Below, piece by piece: positions 11,893 to 25,100 of a stretch of DNA of 64,000 nucleotides. The notes under the pieces are model-generated. The model worked only from the letters and a program-made list of their open reading frames with translations, made no database searches and was not told where the DNA came from. The DNA is from Pseudovirgaria hyperparasitica (taxonomy: Eukaryota): assembly GCA_010093815.1 (NCBI GenBank), contig ML996573.1, one strand, 5' to 3'. The first letter of the stretch is position 1, and every line of letters begins with the position of its first letter. The position numbers and the translations under genes were made by a program.

Positions 11893-12787
11893 ATAACGAA
11901 AGCTATTAATCTACTCTAACCTAGGCCGGGCTCTAATAATCTAACTATATATTATTATAGTTATTACTTTTTATTAGCGCGTGTGTATAGTAGTACTAAT
12001 TCTATAACTTATGGTACTTATATAACTAAGAAGCGCTATTATTTATAGGTATTTAAATAGGTTTAAGGAGCTTTACATAGATTTACTTATATTTATATAG
12101 GTTAATATTAGATAACACCTAAACGCTACTAATAAGGAGCGTAGTACTAATAATCGGAATTCTTTAGAAACGTCCTTCTATAAATTATATAAATATAGTA
12201 TACTTTACGGCTAGGAGTACGATTCTATAGAGATTTACGCTAATCTAGCTAAAGCTACTTTAGCTATAATTACCGCGATTACTAGGTAATATCGTTTTTC
12301 TTAAATTATTATAGATCCTTACTAATATATATTAATCTCTATAATAGTACTAAGATCTCTACTACTTTAGACATCTTTCCATATACTAGTAATATTAAAA
12401 TTCCTAGGAAAAAGTCTAGAGAAAAGGCTAAGATTCTATCCTTACGCGTACTAAAGAGCTATAAAGTTAGCGAAGATAACTCTAATCTAGAGGTTTCTAT
12501 ACTAAAGGTATATAGTTCTATACCGATCGTTAAATCTTTTCGCTAATTTATATAATTCCTAGCGTACCCGCGCTATTCTATCTCTCTCTACTCTAGTTCC
12601 TACCGCTCTATAGGTTTCTATAGAGAATTTTATAGCTATAAGGCGCGCTATATAGGGTTTATAGCGTCGGAATAAAAGGCTAGAGACTTATATTATAAAG
12701 CTCTATACTATACTAACTAAGAATTAGTAGAAGGAGTTAGATATAATTATTACGGTAATTAGTTCTTCTACTTCTACTCTAACTTAA
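11893..12787 (+). pseudogene. Antisense spliced accessory gene of Gypsy-1 (copy A allele)
   Basis: Same four-exon GT-AG structure as copy B; exon 2 is 185 nt in both; start RIP-mutated to ATA. Confidence 0.55.
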
Positions 12788-13086
12788 TTAGTTTAGATCT
12801 ATACTAATTAGTACTAGTATATTTCTTTTATCTAGCGTTTTTAGTTTTCGGTTTTAATTTTAAAGTAATCTTACTTCTTCTATATAGATTAGTACGAGTT
12901 TATATAGATCTATATAGATCTTTCTATTTTCTTTTAGTTTTCTTAATTTTATCTTTCTTTAGTAATAACTTCTTTAATCTCTTTAGTAATCTATACTAAT
13001 CTATACCGATTAGTATAGATCTTTAATGTCTATTTCTCTTAGTAAATTATTTTTCTAAGTCTCTTTTTTAGTTAAACTTTTTTAGA

Positions 13087-13164
13087 GTTCTAAGTTTAAA
13101 CTTTCTAAGGAAGTTCTAAGTTTAAACTTTCTAAGGGAGTTCTAAGTTTAAACTTTCTAAGGAA
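13087..13164. repeat. 26-bp tandem repeat x3 in Gypsy-1 copy A (single unit in copies B and C)
   Basis: GTTCTAAGTTTAAACTTTCTAAGG(A/G)A repeated three times. Confidence 0.9.
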
Positions 13165-15339
13165 GTTCCTTAATTCCTTAGAATATTTTAAAGATCTATA
13201 TCTCTTTTTTCTTCTTTCTTTTAGATGGCCGTTCTTAGTACTAAACTATACTAAAAAACGTTAAATTACTATACTTTAGTATAATTCTCTACGATTCCGC
13301 GGCTTTCTTTACTAATTACTACTTATACGCTAATATTACTACTTTACTAATATTTATTATAGGTTCCTAAGTATCTTTATTAGAATTATATTCTTTCTAA
13401 TAAATTTTATATAGCTATATACTATCTTTAGCGTGTTATTAGCTAAGTATCTACTTAACTTTATAGATATCTATACCTTCTTATATAACTACTTTATATA
13501 GTATCTATTTAGAAGAATCTAGTAATAATAAGATATAAAATAGCTTAAGAAGTATAATATAGAATATATTATATATCTTTAACGTAGGAGGGAGTTCTAA
13601 CTTATATATCTAGTTATTAATTACACGAGTAATCTTATATAGACCTATTATTATATAGTTAAGCTTCTTCTTTAGTCTAATACTATAAATATTCTTACTA
13701 TTTAGTAAAACTTTATATCTAATATTAAAGATTATAGGTTTTCTACCCTTATTATAGTACGATTTACTATAATCTATAGTATCTTATAGTAACTTTATAA
13801 CGCTTCTTTATATTTAGAATAGTTCTATTATAATTTCTATCGCTTTAATATTAGATTATTCTACTTTAAACTATATTCCTAAGAACTACGCGTTATAGTT
13901 CTAACTAAAGTTTACTTTAAATAGACTCACGTAGGTTAACGTATATTAGCTATTATTATATATAAATTCCGCGATATAGACTAACCTTACCTAGTTATTC
14001 TACTTATAGTTATAATATACGTATAAATATACTTTAACTATCTAATTCTACTACTCTATCTATCTATCTATTTATAGATAGAACGTAGTACTAAGTTTCT
14101 ACTTAATTCCTAGTATATAGTAGAAATCCTTCTAAAATTTAGATATTATCTACGGACCTCTATCTAAAACTATACTATTTAGTATACTATAGAGCCGAAC
14201 TACGTTATAGAGTAGTATATCTATAAGATCTAGTACTTAGATTATCTTCCTTATAGAGATATAGTATAATATCTTTATATATCTATCTAGAACTACGAGT
14301 AAACTATTATAAATATATCTAAAATACTTACTTAGGAGTAGATCTATAATAAAATCTATTAATAATTCCTTCTATACCTTCTTTAGTATAGGTAATAGTC
14401 TTAATTTACTATATAGTAAGTATCTATATACTTTTATATACTAGTAAAGGTTATATATTTTTATATAGTTCTTTATATATTTATAAAGACCTAGCTAGTT
14501 ATATATTCTTTAGATTAAATTAACCGTCCTTATAATACTAAAGTATTCTACTAACACGTAATTATACTATTCCCTTAAAATATTAATTTATAAGCCGTCT
14601 TCTAGTATATAGAGTCGGCCTTAGAAGTAGATTATATCTAATTATCGTTTCTACCTTAATAACTATAGCGGATCTATAGTACTTTCTTTTATACTTATAA
14701 CTTTCTTTACTAATATATCGGAATTCTAGGTAGATTTAATTAAGTCTTTAAGGGTTTTCTTAGTTTCTTAGATATTTATTTAGATTACTTAATACCCGCT
14801 TTAATTCCTACGGAGAATCGCCGAAAGTATCCTAGCTTCTAGTATTCTATTAGATAACTAGTCTTATAGTATCTATAGTATAGTATAGTCTAAATTATAC
14901 TAACTATCTATATTATTCTATAATAATTTCTTATAATCTTTACGCTACGATAGAGGATTAGCTTTATTCTCTCTTCTAGCTTTATATAAGATTTTAAAGT
15001 TAAATATTAATATCTACTTAGCCTAACGTACTTATTAATGATTAAGAACCTTAGTTAATATAAAGTAACGTAGATTTACGTAATCTAATAATAATTTAAT
15101 CTAATATATAGAACCTTCTAAATAATATCGCTATTACTTAAAACTCTTAATAATTATAAGTATATTAAGATCATTAATAAGTTAAGTTAAATTAGTTATA
15201 AAGTATACTATTTTCTATCTACGTATCCGGTTAGTTATATTTATATATCTAACCGGTTTGCTACTATCTATAGTAATTATATATAATATATACTACTACT
15301 ATAGCTATAATAAGGTGCCTAAATTTAAGAAAACCTACT

Positions 15340-17155
15340 ACTACCCTTAGTAGCTTTACGCGCGACGCTTAGCTAGGCACGGGTTTATATCTTTATAGAT
15401 ACTATAGCGTGATTAACCTACTACTAAACTAATATTAGAGAGTTCCTTAGCGGGCGTAATATACTTTATAGTTCTCTTAGAGTAACCTCGTTACTTAGCT
15501 AGTGGCTTAGTAACCTTAATATCTTAATTATTGTTCTAGTTAACTTATAGTATCTTACTAGTAGATAGTATACTAGTTAGTTTATATAAAGTTATTATAG
15601 TCTTATCTTACGCGCTATTAGAGTTATTATCTAGAAAAACTAGCTTTATAACCTTTTAGTACGTCTTATAATATAATAGTCTATTTACTAGTAGTTTAGT
15701 AAGATAAGGTTTATACTACTTATAACTATAAGTAGCCGTAGTAGCGTCCTCGAGTCTAAAGCTATAATAGTAGTAGATATTCTAGTAGTATTTAACTATT
15801 TACTTTAGTATTAACTCCTTAGTATAGAGCTTATATTTAGTATTATAGGCCCGATTTAGGTATTCCTATATATACTTACTAATTTCGTTATTAAACAACC
15901 TTATAGTATACTTACTATATTTATAAATTAACTTTATAGACTTAAGGAGGTTAACTACCTTCTCTAGAGGCCCTAGTCGCTTAATTAGCTTACCTATCTA
16001 GTATAAGTACTATTCTAGTTCCCTATAGTTAGCTAGAGGATAAGCTAACTTACTTAGGCTAGGTAGGAGACCTAGGCGGTTAACTAAATTAGACTACTTA
16101 GGCTTTTATTAAAATAACTAAGATAATATTTTTAAGGTAGTTAAGGTTATCTTAAGAACTAGGCGGAGCTATACTATAGTAAAATTACTATTAATTTCTT
16201 CCTTATCTAATAAGATAATAAGTCGTTTCTTTATAAGCCTAGGTTAGATAATAGAAGGCTCCTTCTTAATAGATGGTTTTTTAAAAACTAGACTTTCTAT
16301 AACTACTCTATTAAGGCCCTATATCTTTTTAGTAGTACTTACTTTCTACTAAAAATCCTAGAATAATATAATATATATATCTAGGTTACTCTTAACTTTA
16401 AAGAAGTCTTTAGTTATTAAAAGGGTATACTTAAATATAGGTTACTTATATCTATTTTTAACTAGGTTAATACCTTTATTACTAATAAGTTTATAGAGAG
16501 TTTTAGCTTACTTAAGAAGTTTTATATATAGGCTATTTCTAGTAGTTATTAGTACTAACGTTAAAAATTATATCTAGATAGCTACTATAGTTCTCTAATT
16601 AACTATATTTACCTTAATTAATAAAGTTATATTATATAGCTATTAGTAGATATTAGTAAGATAGACGTTGGTCTAGATTAATTAGTTAATAATTCTTTTA
16701 ACTATATTAAGGTTATATATATAGATATCTAATATAGTTACTTCTTTATTATCTAGCTAATCTTTCTATAGAATTATAATTAGGTTAAATCTTTATATAC
16801 TAGTTTTAAAATTAATTATATAACTTAATTTAGGCGTGAAAAGTAATAGGTTACTAATATTTAGTACTAAGCTACCTAAGTTTATTTACTACCTACTTAA
16901 CTAACTATATAGTAAGCTAAAGTCTAAATTATTAGTAGTAGTTAGTAATATAAGTAACGTAGTATATATATAACCTAATTGTTAAGATTATACTATAATT
17001 AGATTATCTACTAGACTCTTTATAGTTAGTTATACGGTACTTATAATCTTTAATAGTTACTTAGCTAAGATACCGCCGTCGTTATCTTCGTGTCTATATA
17101 CTAGGTTAATATCTAAGGGTACTACCTAAGTATAATGGTCGGTTTTATTTGCCAT
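15340..17155 (-). pseudogene. Accessory ~600-codon ORF of Gypsy-2 with a C3HC4 RING finger (15659-15775), RIP-inactivated
   Basis: One frame from ATG 17155. TAY codons (RIP of TGY/CAT) fall at C-x2-C-x11-C-x-H-x2-C-x2-C-x11-C-x2-C; de-RIP reading ...EDATTATCGHKWCKPCL...CKTCRK. The 3' end is approximate. Confidence 0.65.
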
Positions 17156-19152
17156 AAGTAGCTTATCTTTAATTACCTAGGGCTTAGGATAAGTCTTCTC
17201 TAGTATCTACTAATAATATAGTAGTAATATTACTACTCTACTAAGTATAATAATAATATTAGTGTTTTAACTAGGAAGAACTATATATATAGCCATATAT
17301 ATGCTCCACAGGCTCAGGCCTCCTCTAGTATTGGCTACTATATATACAAGAAAACCTCCTGTGATTGGCTCCCTAACTAGACCCTATTACTAACCTAACC
17401 TAGCCTAGTCTAAGTCCTCGAATCCCATTGGGTGATAAACTTACTTCTTATCCTTATATTAGGCTTTTATTACTATATTAGTACCGGCTCTTAATAACGC
17501 CCTAACCAACTATAGTAGGTATTACCTTTCTTGTGATTGGGTAGGTCGCTAGGCTAGGCCTAGTCTTTTATTCCTGTGTTACCGTGTTTTTTTCCTATCC
17601 ATGGGAATATAGCTTTGCGCCGGGCAGTAGTCATTGATTAAGATGACTAATGCTAGAGGGGGTGTATATCTAATAGGTCCATGCCTTAGCACTAACCCTA
17701 GCTAGGCCGAATTCGGAAATTGTTCTTCGGGGCTATGTAATCGTCTATAGGTAGGCGGGATACTTAATTAGGTATTGCCGTCTGTTTCGTGGTTACTAAG
17801 CCGGAGTAAGCGTAAGCTAAGCCGGATTAGGGTAGACAAGGCCCTAGTATATGGTGAAAATTCTATGATTCGAGCTAAGCTAGTTGTGGGTCTAGCCGCT
17901 CTAGGCGTCGCTCTACCACTTAAGGTGGCTTAGTAGGTGGCTATATTAGGTAATTCTCATCATGTAATGACGGTATAGTCATTTTCACATTACCTAATGG
18001 TCGCTTAGGACTAAGTAGTCATGTGACGGTAACCTTCACGTTACGTGCTCGCTTAGCCCCGTACACTTTTTAATAGAGCGTACGAAAACTAGTGTATAAT
18101 CTACTAAGTATAAATTAATTAAAGATAATTGCGACCTTATTATTTAAAATACTAGAGGCTCCGCGCGAGAGATATCTATTCTAAAACTATTCTTCTTTTA
18201 AGAATATAGCTAGCTAGTAGATACTAATCTCGCCCTTCCTTATAATCCGTTACTCTATTATTATAATAATTAGTAACTTTACTTAGTTAGACGGTTAGAC
18301 GTTTATAGACGGCTAAGTTATATAGTTCTCTAGAATATTAATAGAATAATCTATATAAAATAGCTATAAATTATATTTTAATAGGTGCTATTATTTAGTC
18401 GTAGAGAAATTACCTACTACTAGTCTATTACTAGAGATCTATATAGGTAGGGCTAATAATAAAGGGTATTCTATTACTATATATTCTAGAAGAATTAGTA
18501 GGAAAGCTTTTAATAAGCTAGGGAAATTCTTAGAATCTACCTAGTCTACTATTACGTTATATAGATCTATATAGAATAGTTAGTTAGCTAGTTTAATATT
18601 TACTTACGCCTAAATCTTTTCTATAGACTAATAGTAGTACTTTTTACCTACTTTTAGACGTAGGCGTAGGAGGATATTAGTTAGTTTAGATTAAGTATAA
18701 CTATTATAAGTCTACTAAATTAATATACTAGGTCTTATAAGGATAAAGCTAGTTATATATAGTAATTAGTTAATATTATAGAATATTTATAGGTTAGTAA
18801 CTATAAATAGTAGGCCGTATAGTTAGCTTAACTATAGTACTTATTTTTAGTTAATGGATCTAGGTCTAGTACTAACCTTTAAGTAAATAATATAAGAAAG
18901 TACTTAATAGTTATATATCTATAAAATGCTTTAGTAAATATATATATTATAATACTACTTATTATAATAGATATTAACGGCTCTCTACCTATAATAGCTA
19001 GAGGCGGATAGATATTATAACTTTAAGTAGTTATTAACCTAGCTAGGCTCCTAGTAGACTATTTCTATAAGCTTATCTAAGGTTATATTCCTTAACTAAG
19101 TCTAATAGAAGTATACTTTGCCAGATCTACCGACCAAATTCTAGACTATTAC

Positions 19153-22100
19153 TATAAGAATAGGGTTATTAGATAGTAGTATAGTTAGATAGAACAATGG
19201 GGTGTATTCTATTATAGAACGAATTACTACCGAACCCTTTTAGTAGGAATCCGAGAGTATATATATAAAGGGATACTAATCTATCTAGCACGTAACTATT
19301 TACCGCCCTTCACGTTACCTTCTAACTCTATTAGCTAAGGTATGTATAGATCGGGTTCTATCTAAGGCTAAGTTCTAATAATTATCCCTTCCCTCTAGGA
19401 AGCTACTCTTAGCGACCTAGGTCGTTATCTATCCCTATATCTCTATCCTAAGTCTTATAAGACCTTAGTCGTTCTCTACGCTTCGTCTTAGATATTTACT
19501 AATATTCGCCGATCTAAGATTTACATAAGCGTTTTCCTAATAAACTAGATTTTATCTATCTTAACTTCTTATATAGGTAAGATTGCCTAATTAGGCCTAG
19601 CGTATTACGTAATCTAATTAGGTAAGCCCGGGTACTATCTATATTAAAATCTTTTCTTAGAAATATTCCTTTCTTTAAAAAACTTCTTAACTCTTTATAG
19701 AGTTTTTTAGATTATTAGGTATATCACCCGATCCTTATAGACATAGATTTATATAGATTTACTATAATTTAGTACGATTTACGTAATTTACTAATTTTTA
19801 TACTATCCTTAGCTAGTAATAGTATAATTCGTAATAATCCGTATAAATTAGTAATAATTATAATATAGTTTCCTAAAATCTTAATACTCTAAAGTAATTA
19901 GCGCGGAAACAGGCGCCTTTAAATAATCTCTATCTTATATACGTTACTAATATGTCGAAAGCCATTAATCTACCCCGACCTAGGCCGGGCTCTAATAATC
20001 TAGCTATATATTATTATAGTTGTTACTTTCCGTCGTATATTACTTATAGTAGTACTAAATCTATAATATACGGTACTTATATAACTAAGAAGCGTTATTA
20101 CTTATAGGTATTTAAGTAAGTTCGAAGAACTTTACGTAGATTTACTTATATCGGTATAGATTACTACTAGGCCTCTAGTAACCCCTACTAATAAGGAGCG
20201 TGGTACTACTAATCGTAACGCCTTAGAGAAGGCTTTCTATAAGCTATATATCTAAGGTAAGAGTTACGCCTAGGAGTACGATTCTAATAAGATCTATAAG
20301 GATTTATTAGAATCTACTATAGCTATTATTACCGCGATTACTAGGTAATATCGTTTTTCTTAAATCGTTATAGATTCTTACTAATATATATTAATCTCTA
20401 TAATAGTACTAAAATCTCTACTACTTCGGACTTCTTTCTATATACCGGCGATATTAAAATTCCTAGAAAAGGTTCTAGTAAAAAGGCTAAGGTTCCTTCC
20501 TCGCGCGTGCTAAAGAGCTATAAATTTAGGGAAGATAGCTCTAATCTAGAAGTTTCTATACTAAAGGTATATGGTTCTATACCGATCGTTAAATCTTTTC
20601 GCTGATTTATATAATTCTTAGCGTGCCCACGCCGGTCCGTCCCTCTCCGTCCCGGGTCCCGCTACTCTATAGGTTTCTATAGAGGAGTTTATAGCTATAA
20701 GGCGCGCTATATAGAATTTATAGCGTTAGAACGAAAGGCTAGAGACTTATATTATAAAGCTCTATACTATACTAAATAAGAACTAGCGAAAGGAATTAGA
20801 TATAACCATCGCGGTAATTAGTACTTCTACTCCTACTCCGACTTAATCGGTTTAGATCTACACCAATCAGTACTAATATATCTCTTTTATCTAGCGTTTT
20901 TAGTTTTTCGGTTTTAATTTTAAAGCGATCTTGCTTCTTCTAGATAGATTAGTATGAGTTTATATAGATCTATATAGATCTTTATATTTTCTTTTAGCTT
21001 TCTTAATTTTATCTTTCTTTAATAATAACTTCTTTAATCTCTTTGGTAATCTATACCGATCTATACCGATCGGCACCGATTTTCGATGTCTATTTCTCTT
21101 AGTAAATCATTTTTCTAAGTCTCTTTTTTAGTTAAATTTTTTAAAGTTCTAAGTTTGAACTTTCTAAGGAAGTTCCTTAATTCCTTAGAATGTTTTAAAG
21201 ATCTATGTCTCTTTTACCTTCTTTCTTTTAGACGGCCGTCCTCGGCGCTAAACTATACTAAAAAATATTAAATCGCTATACTTTAGTATAATTCTCTATA
21301 ATTCCGCGGCTTCCTTTACTAATCGCTACTTATATACTAATATCGCTACTTTACTAATATTTATTATAGGTTCCTAAGTATCTTCGTTAGGATTATATCC
21401 TTTCTAACGAATCTTATATAGCTACGTGCTATCTTTAGCGCGTTACTAGCTAAGTATCTACTTAACTTTATAGATATCTATACCTTCTTACGTAACTACT
21501 TTATATAGTATCTATTCGGAATAATCTAGTAACGATAAGGCATGAAATGGCTCGAGAAGCGTAATATAGAATATATTATATATCTTTAACGTAGAAGGGA
21601 GTTATAACTCGTACGCCTAGTCATTGATTACACGAGTAATCTTATATAGACCTATTATTATATAGTTAAGCTTCTTCTTTGGCCTAATACTACGAATATT
21701 CTTACTATTTAGTAAAACTTTGTCCCTAATATTAAAGATTATAGGTTTTCTACCCTTATCATAGTGCGATTTACTATAATCTATAGTATCTTATAGTAAC
21801 TTTATAACGCTTCTTTACGTTTAGAATAGTTCTATAGTAATTTCTATTACTTTAACGTTAGGTCGTTCTACTTTAAACTAAGTCTCTAAGAACTATATAT
21901 TATGGTTCCGACCGAAGTTTACTTCGAACGGACTTATATAGGTTAACGTATATCGGCTATTATTATACACGAATTCCGCGACATAGACTAACCTTACCTA
22001 GTTATTCTACTTATAGTTATAATATACGCGTAAATATACCTCGACTATCTAGTTCTACCGCTCCGTCTATCTATCTATTTATAGGTAGAACGTAGTACTA

Positions 22101-25100
22101 AGTTTCCGCTTAATTCCTAGCGTATAGTAGAAATCCTTCTAAAATTTAGACGTTATCTACGGACCTCTATCCGAAACTATACTATTTAGTATACTATAGA
22201 GCTAAACTACGTTACGGAGTAGTATATCTATAAGATCCGGTACTTAGATCGTCTTTCTTATAGGGATGTAGTATAACATCTTTATAAATCTATCTAGAAC
22301 TATAAGTAAACTATTATAAATATACCTAGAACACTTACTTAGGGGTAGATCTATAATAAAATCTATGGATAATTCCTTCTATACCTCCTTTAGTATAGGT
22401 AATAGCCTTAATTCACTATATAGTAAGTATCTATATACTTTCGTATACTAGTAAACGTTATACGTTTTTATATAGTCTTTTATATATTTATAAAGACCCG
22501 GCTAGTCGTACGTTCTTCGGATTAAATTAACTATTCTTATAATACCGAAGTACTCTACTAACGCGTAATCGTACTATTCCCTTAAAATATTAATTCGTAA
22601 GCCGCCTTCTAGCACGTAGAGTCGGCCTTAGAAGTAGATTACGTCCGATCGTCGTTCCTACCTTAATAACCATAGTAGATCTATAGCGCTTTCTTTTATA
22701 CTTATGACTTTCTTTACTAATATATCGGAATTCTAGGTAGATTTAATTAAGTCTTTAAGGGTTTTCTTAGTTTCTTAGACGTTTATTTAGATTACTTAAT
22801 ACCCGCTCTAATTCNNNNNNNNNNGATAGAGGATTAGCTTTATTCTCTCTTCTAGCTTTATATAAGATTTTAAAGTTAAATATTAATATCTACTTAGCCT
22901 AACATACTTATTAGCGATTAAGGACCTTAGTCGACATGAAGTAACGTAGATTTATATAATCCGATAATAATTCGATCTAATATATAGAGCCTTCTAAATA
23001 ATATCGCTATTACTTAAAACTCTCGACGATTATGAGTAGTTCCTAGTCGTGTATATTATAACGCGTCTCTATATCCGCCATTTTACGGGAAAAGAAGGCG
23101 ACCGGGTACTATTATACCTTATCTTTCGCATCTTTATACGGTTAACTAATAATTCTAGTAATTATAAATCCTAACGCGTTAGTTTTAACCCGAATATACT
23201 TCTTAGGATTAAAATACCTAAGAATCGGCGTAGTTATAAAGTAATTCTTTAATAATCGGAACGTATCTCGCGCTTCCGGCGTTAACTATATCTTAACCGA
23301 CTTAGCTTTACGCTATACTCGCCCACCTATAGGGATTTTACCGCCATTCTCTATAAGTTTATTAAGCGGCGCCGTAATTCGTAAGAAGTCTATAATGAAT
23401 TTATAATAATAGTTCACGAAACCTATAAACGTTCTAATTTAACGTATAGTAGTAGGTTCTAGCTATTCTATAATAGTCTTTACACGCTCTAGCTCTATTT
23501 TTAGGCCGCCATATGTTATAATAAAGCCGAGAAACCCAACTTCTTATTAGTGAAACTCGCATTTAGATAATTTTATATAGAGTTTATACTACCTTAGACG
23601 ATTTAGTACCGATTTCACGTATTCTTTATAATTCTATATGCTATTAGAGTAAATTAGTATATTATCGAGATAAACTACGTAAATCACGTTAAGTAATCCT
23701 ATAAGTATAGTATTAATATATCCTTAGAACGCTCCTAGCGTATTTATTAGCCCGAATAGTATAATAGTATACTTAAAATAACTATATCTAGTCCGAAATA
23801 CGGTTTTCTACTTATCTCCATGATAAATTTAAAGCTAGTAATATATATCTTATAAATCTAGCTTTGTAAAGTACTTTACCTTTATTAATTAGTCTAAAGA
23901 TTTACTAACTAGTAGTAATAGATAACGATTCTTCTTAATTACCGTATTTAGTACCTAATAGTCGACGCATAGACGTAAACTTCTATCTTTCTTCTTTACG
24001 AAGAGAATAGATACACCGGCCGATAACGTACTATAACGTATCTAGCCTCTTTCGAGGTATTCTTTAATATATTTATAAAGAACTTTAAGTTCTAGTCTTA
24101 AAAGTAGGTAAAGTAGGCTATAAGGGACGTCTACTCCCTCTTCGAGCTCGATCTTTAGCTTATATAGCCCGTGATTAGGGAGAAGTAACGCATCTCCTAC
24201 CGAAAACACATCCGTATACTACGAATATACGTCGGGTAGCGTGTCTTCGCCCCGATTATTACTATTATCCTTGTCTTTATTAATAATCGATAAGGATATA
24301 AGATAGATTAGCGATAATCGGGTCCGCACGGCGAGGTTCCATGCCTCCTTACTAATAGTTATAACTTACTAGTATAATTTACTACGGTATCGTCGGAATA
24401 TTAATATCTCCTTCTAAAAATCAAGGATAGAGTTTAGGCGTCTAAGCTAAGGCATCCCTAGAATTATATTCTATTAGCTAATATTAGCCACGATAAATTT
24501 ATTAGACATCTACTATTTTATTATCTTCGAGTTATAAACTTCGTAATTCGTTATAGCTTTACCTAAAGTTCTAACTTTATATCCATTAACTACGATAGTT
24601 CGGCTAACTTTACTAAGATCGTATAATAATCTATACTCCTTTATAAGAATTAATAAAATATAGTTATCTTCTATACTAGTATCCACGAGGGCCTATATAG
24701 TTTTATTACCATTTACTATAGATAATAATACTTTTAGTAATATTAGGTCTTTACTCGCCGGAAGACGCTATAGCTCCTCCTAAGTATATATAATTTAGCT
24801 AAGGACGCGGTTAGGTCTCGTGTACTAGCCTATTCTTTTTTCGGATTCTTATAGTTAGGCGAAATATATTCTATTTCTCTATACTTATAGTAACGAAGTA
24901 TACTATAATCCTACTATTTTATAATAGGCGTTATATTTAAGTCTATACCTTATCCTTTTCCGCGTTAAGAAGCACCGCCTTAATTATTTCGGTATCCTCT
25001 TAACGCGTTTCTACCCTGATTTACGCTCTTCTAGCGCTAATCGCGGTAAGGTTACTCTTAATCGAACGTATTCGATCGACCTCGTTTCTAACCCGTATAG

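Noticed and set aside
22815..22824. Apparent deletion in copy B pol relative to copy C
   Set aside because: Coincides with an N-gap, so the sequence is unsequenced rather than deleted.
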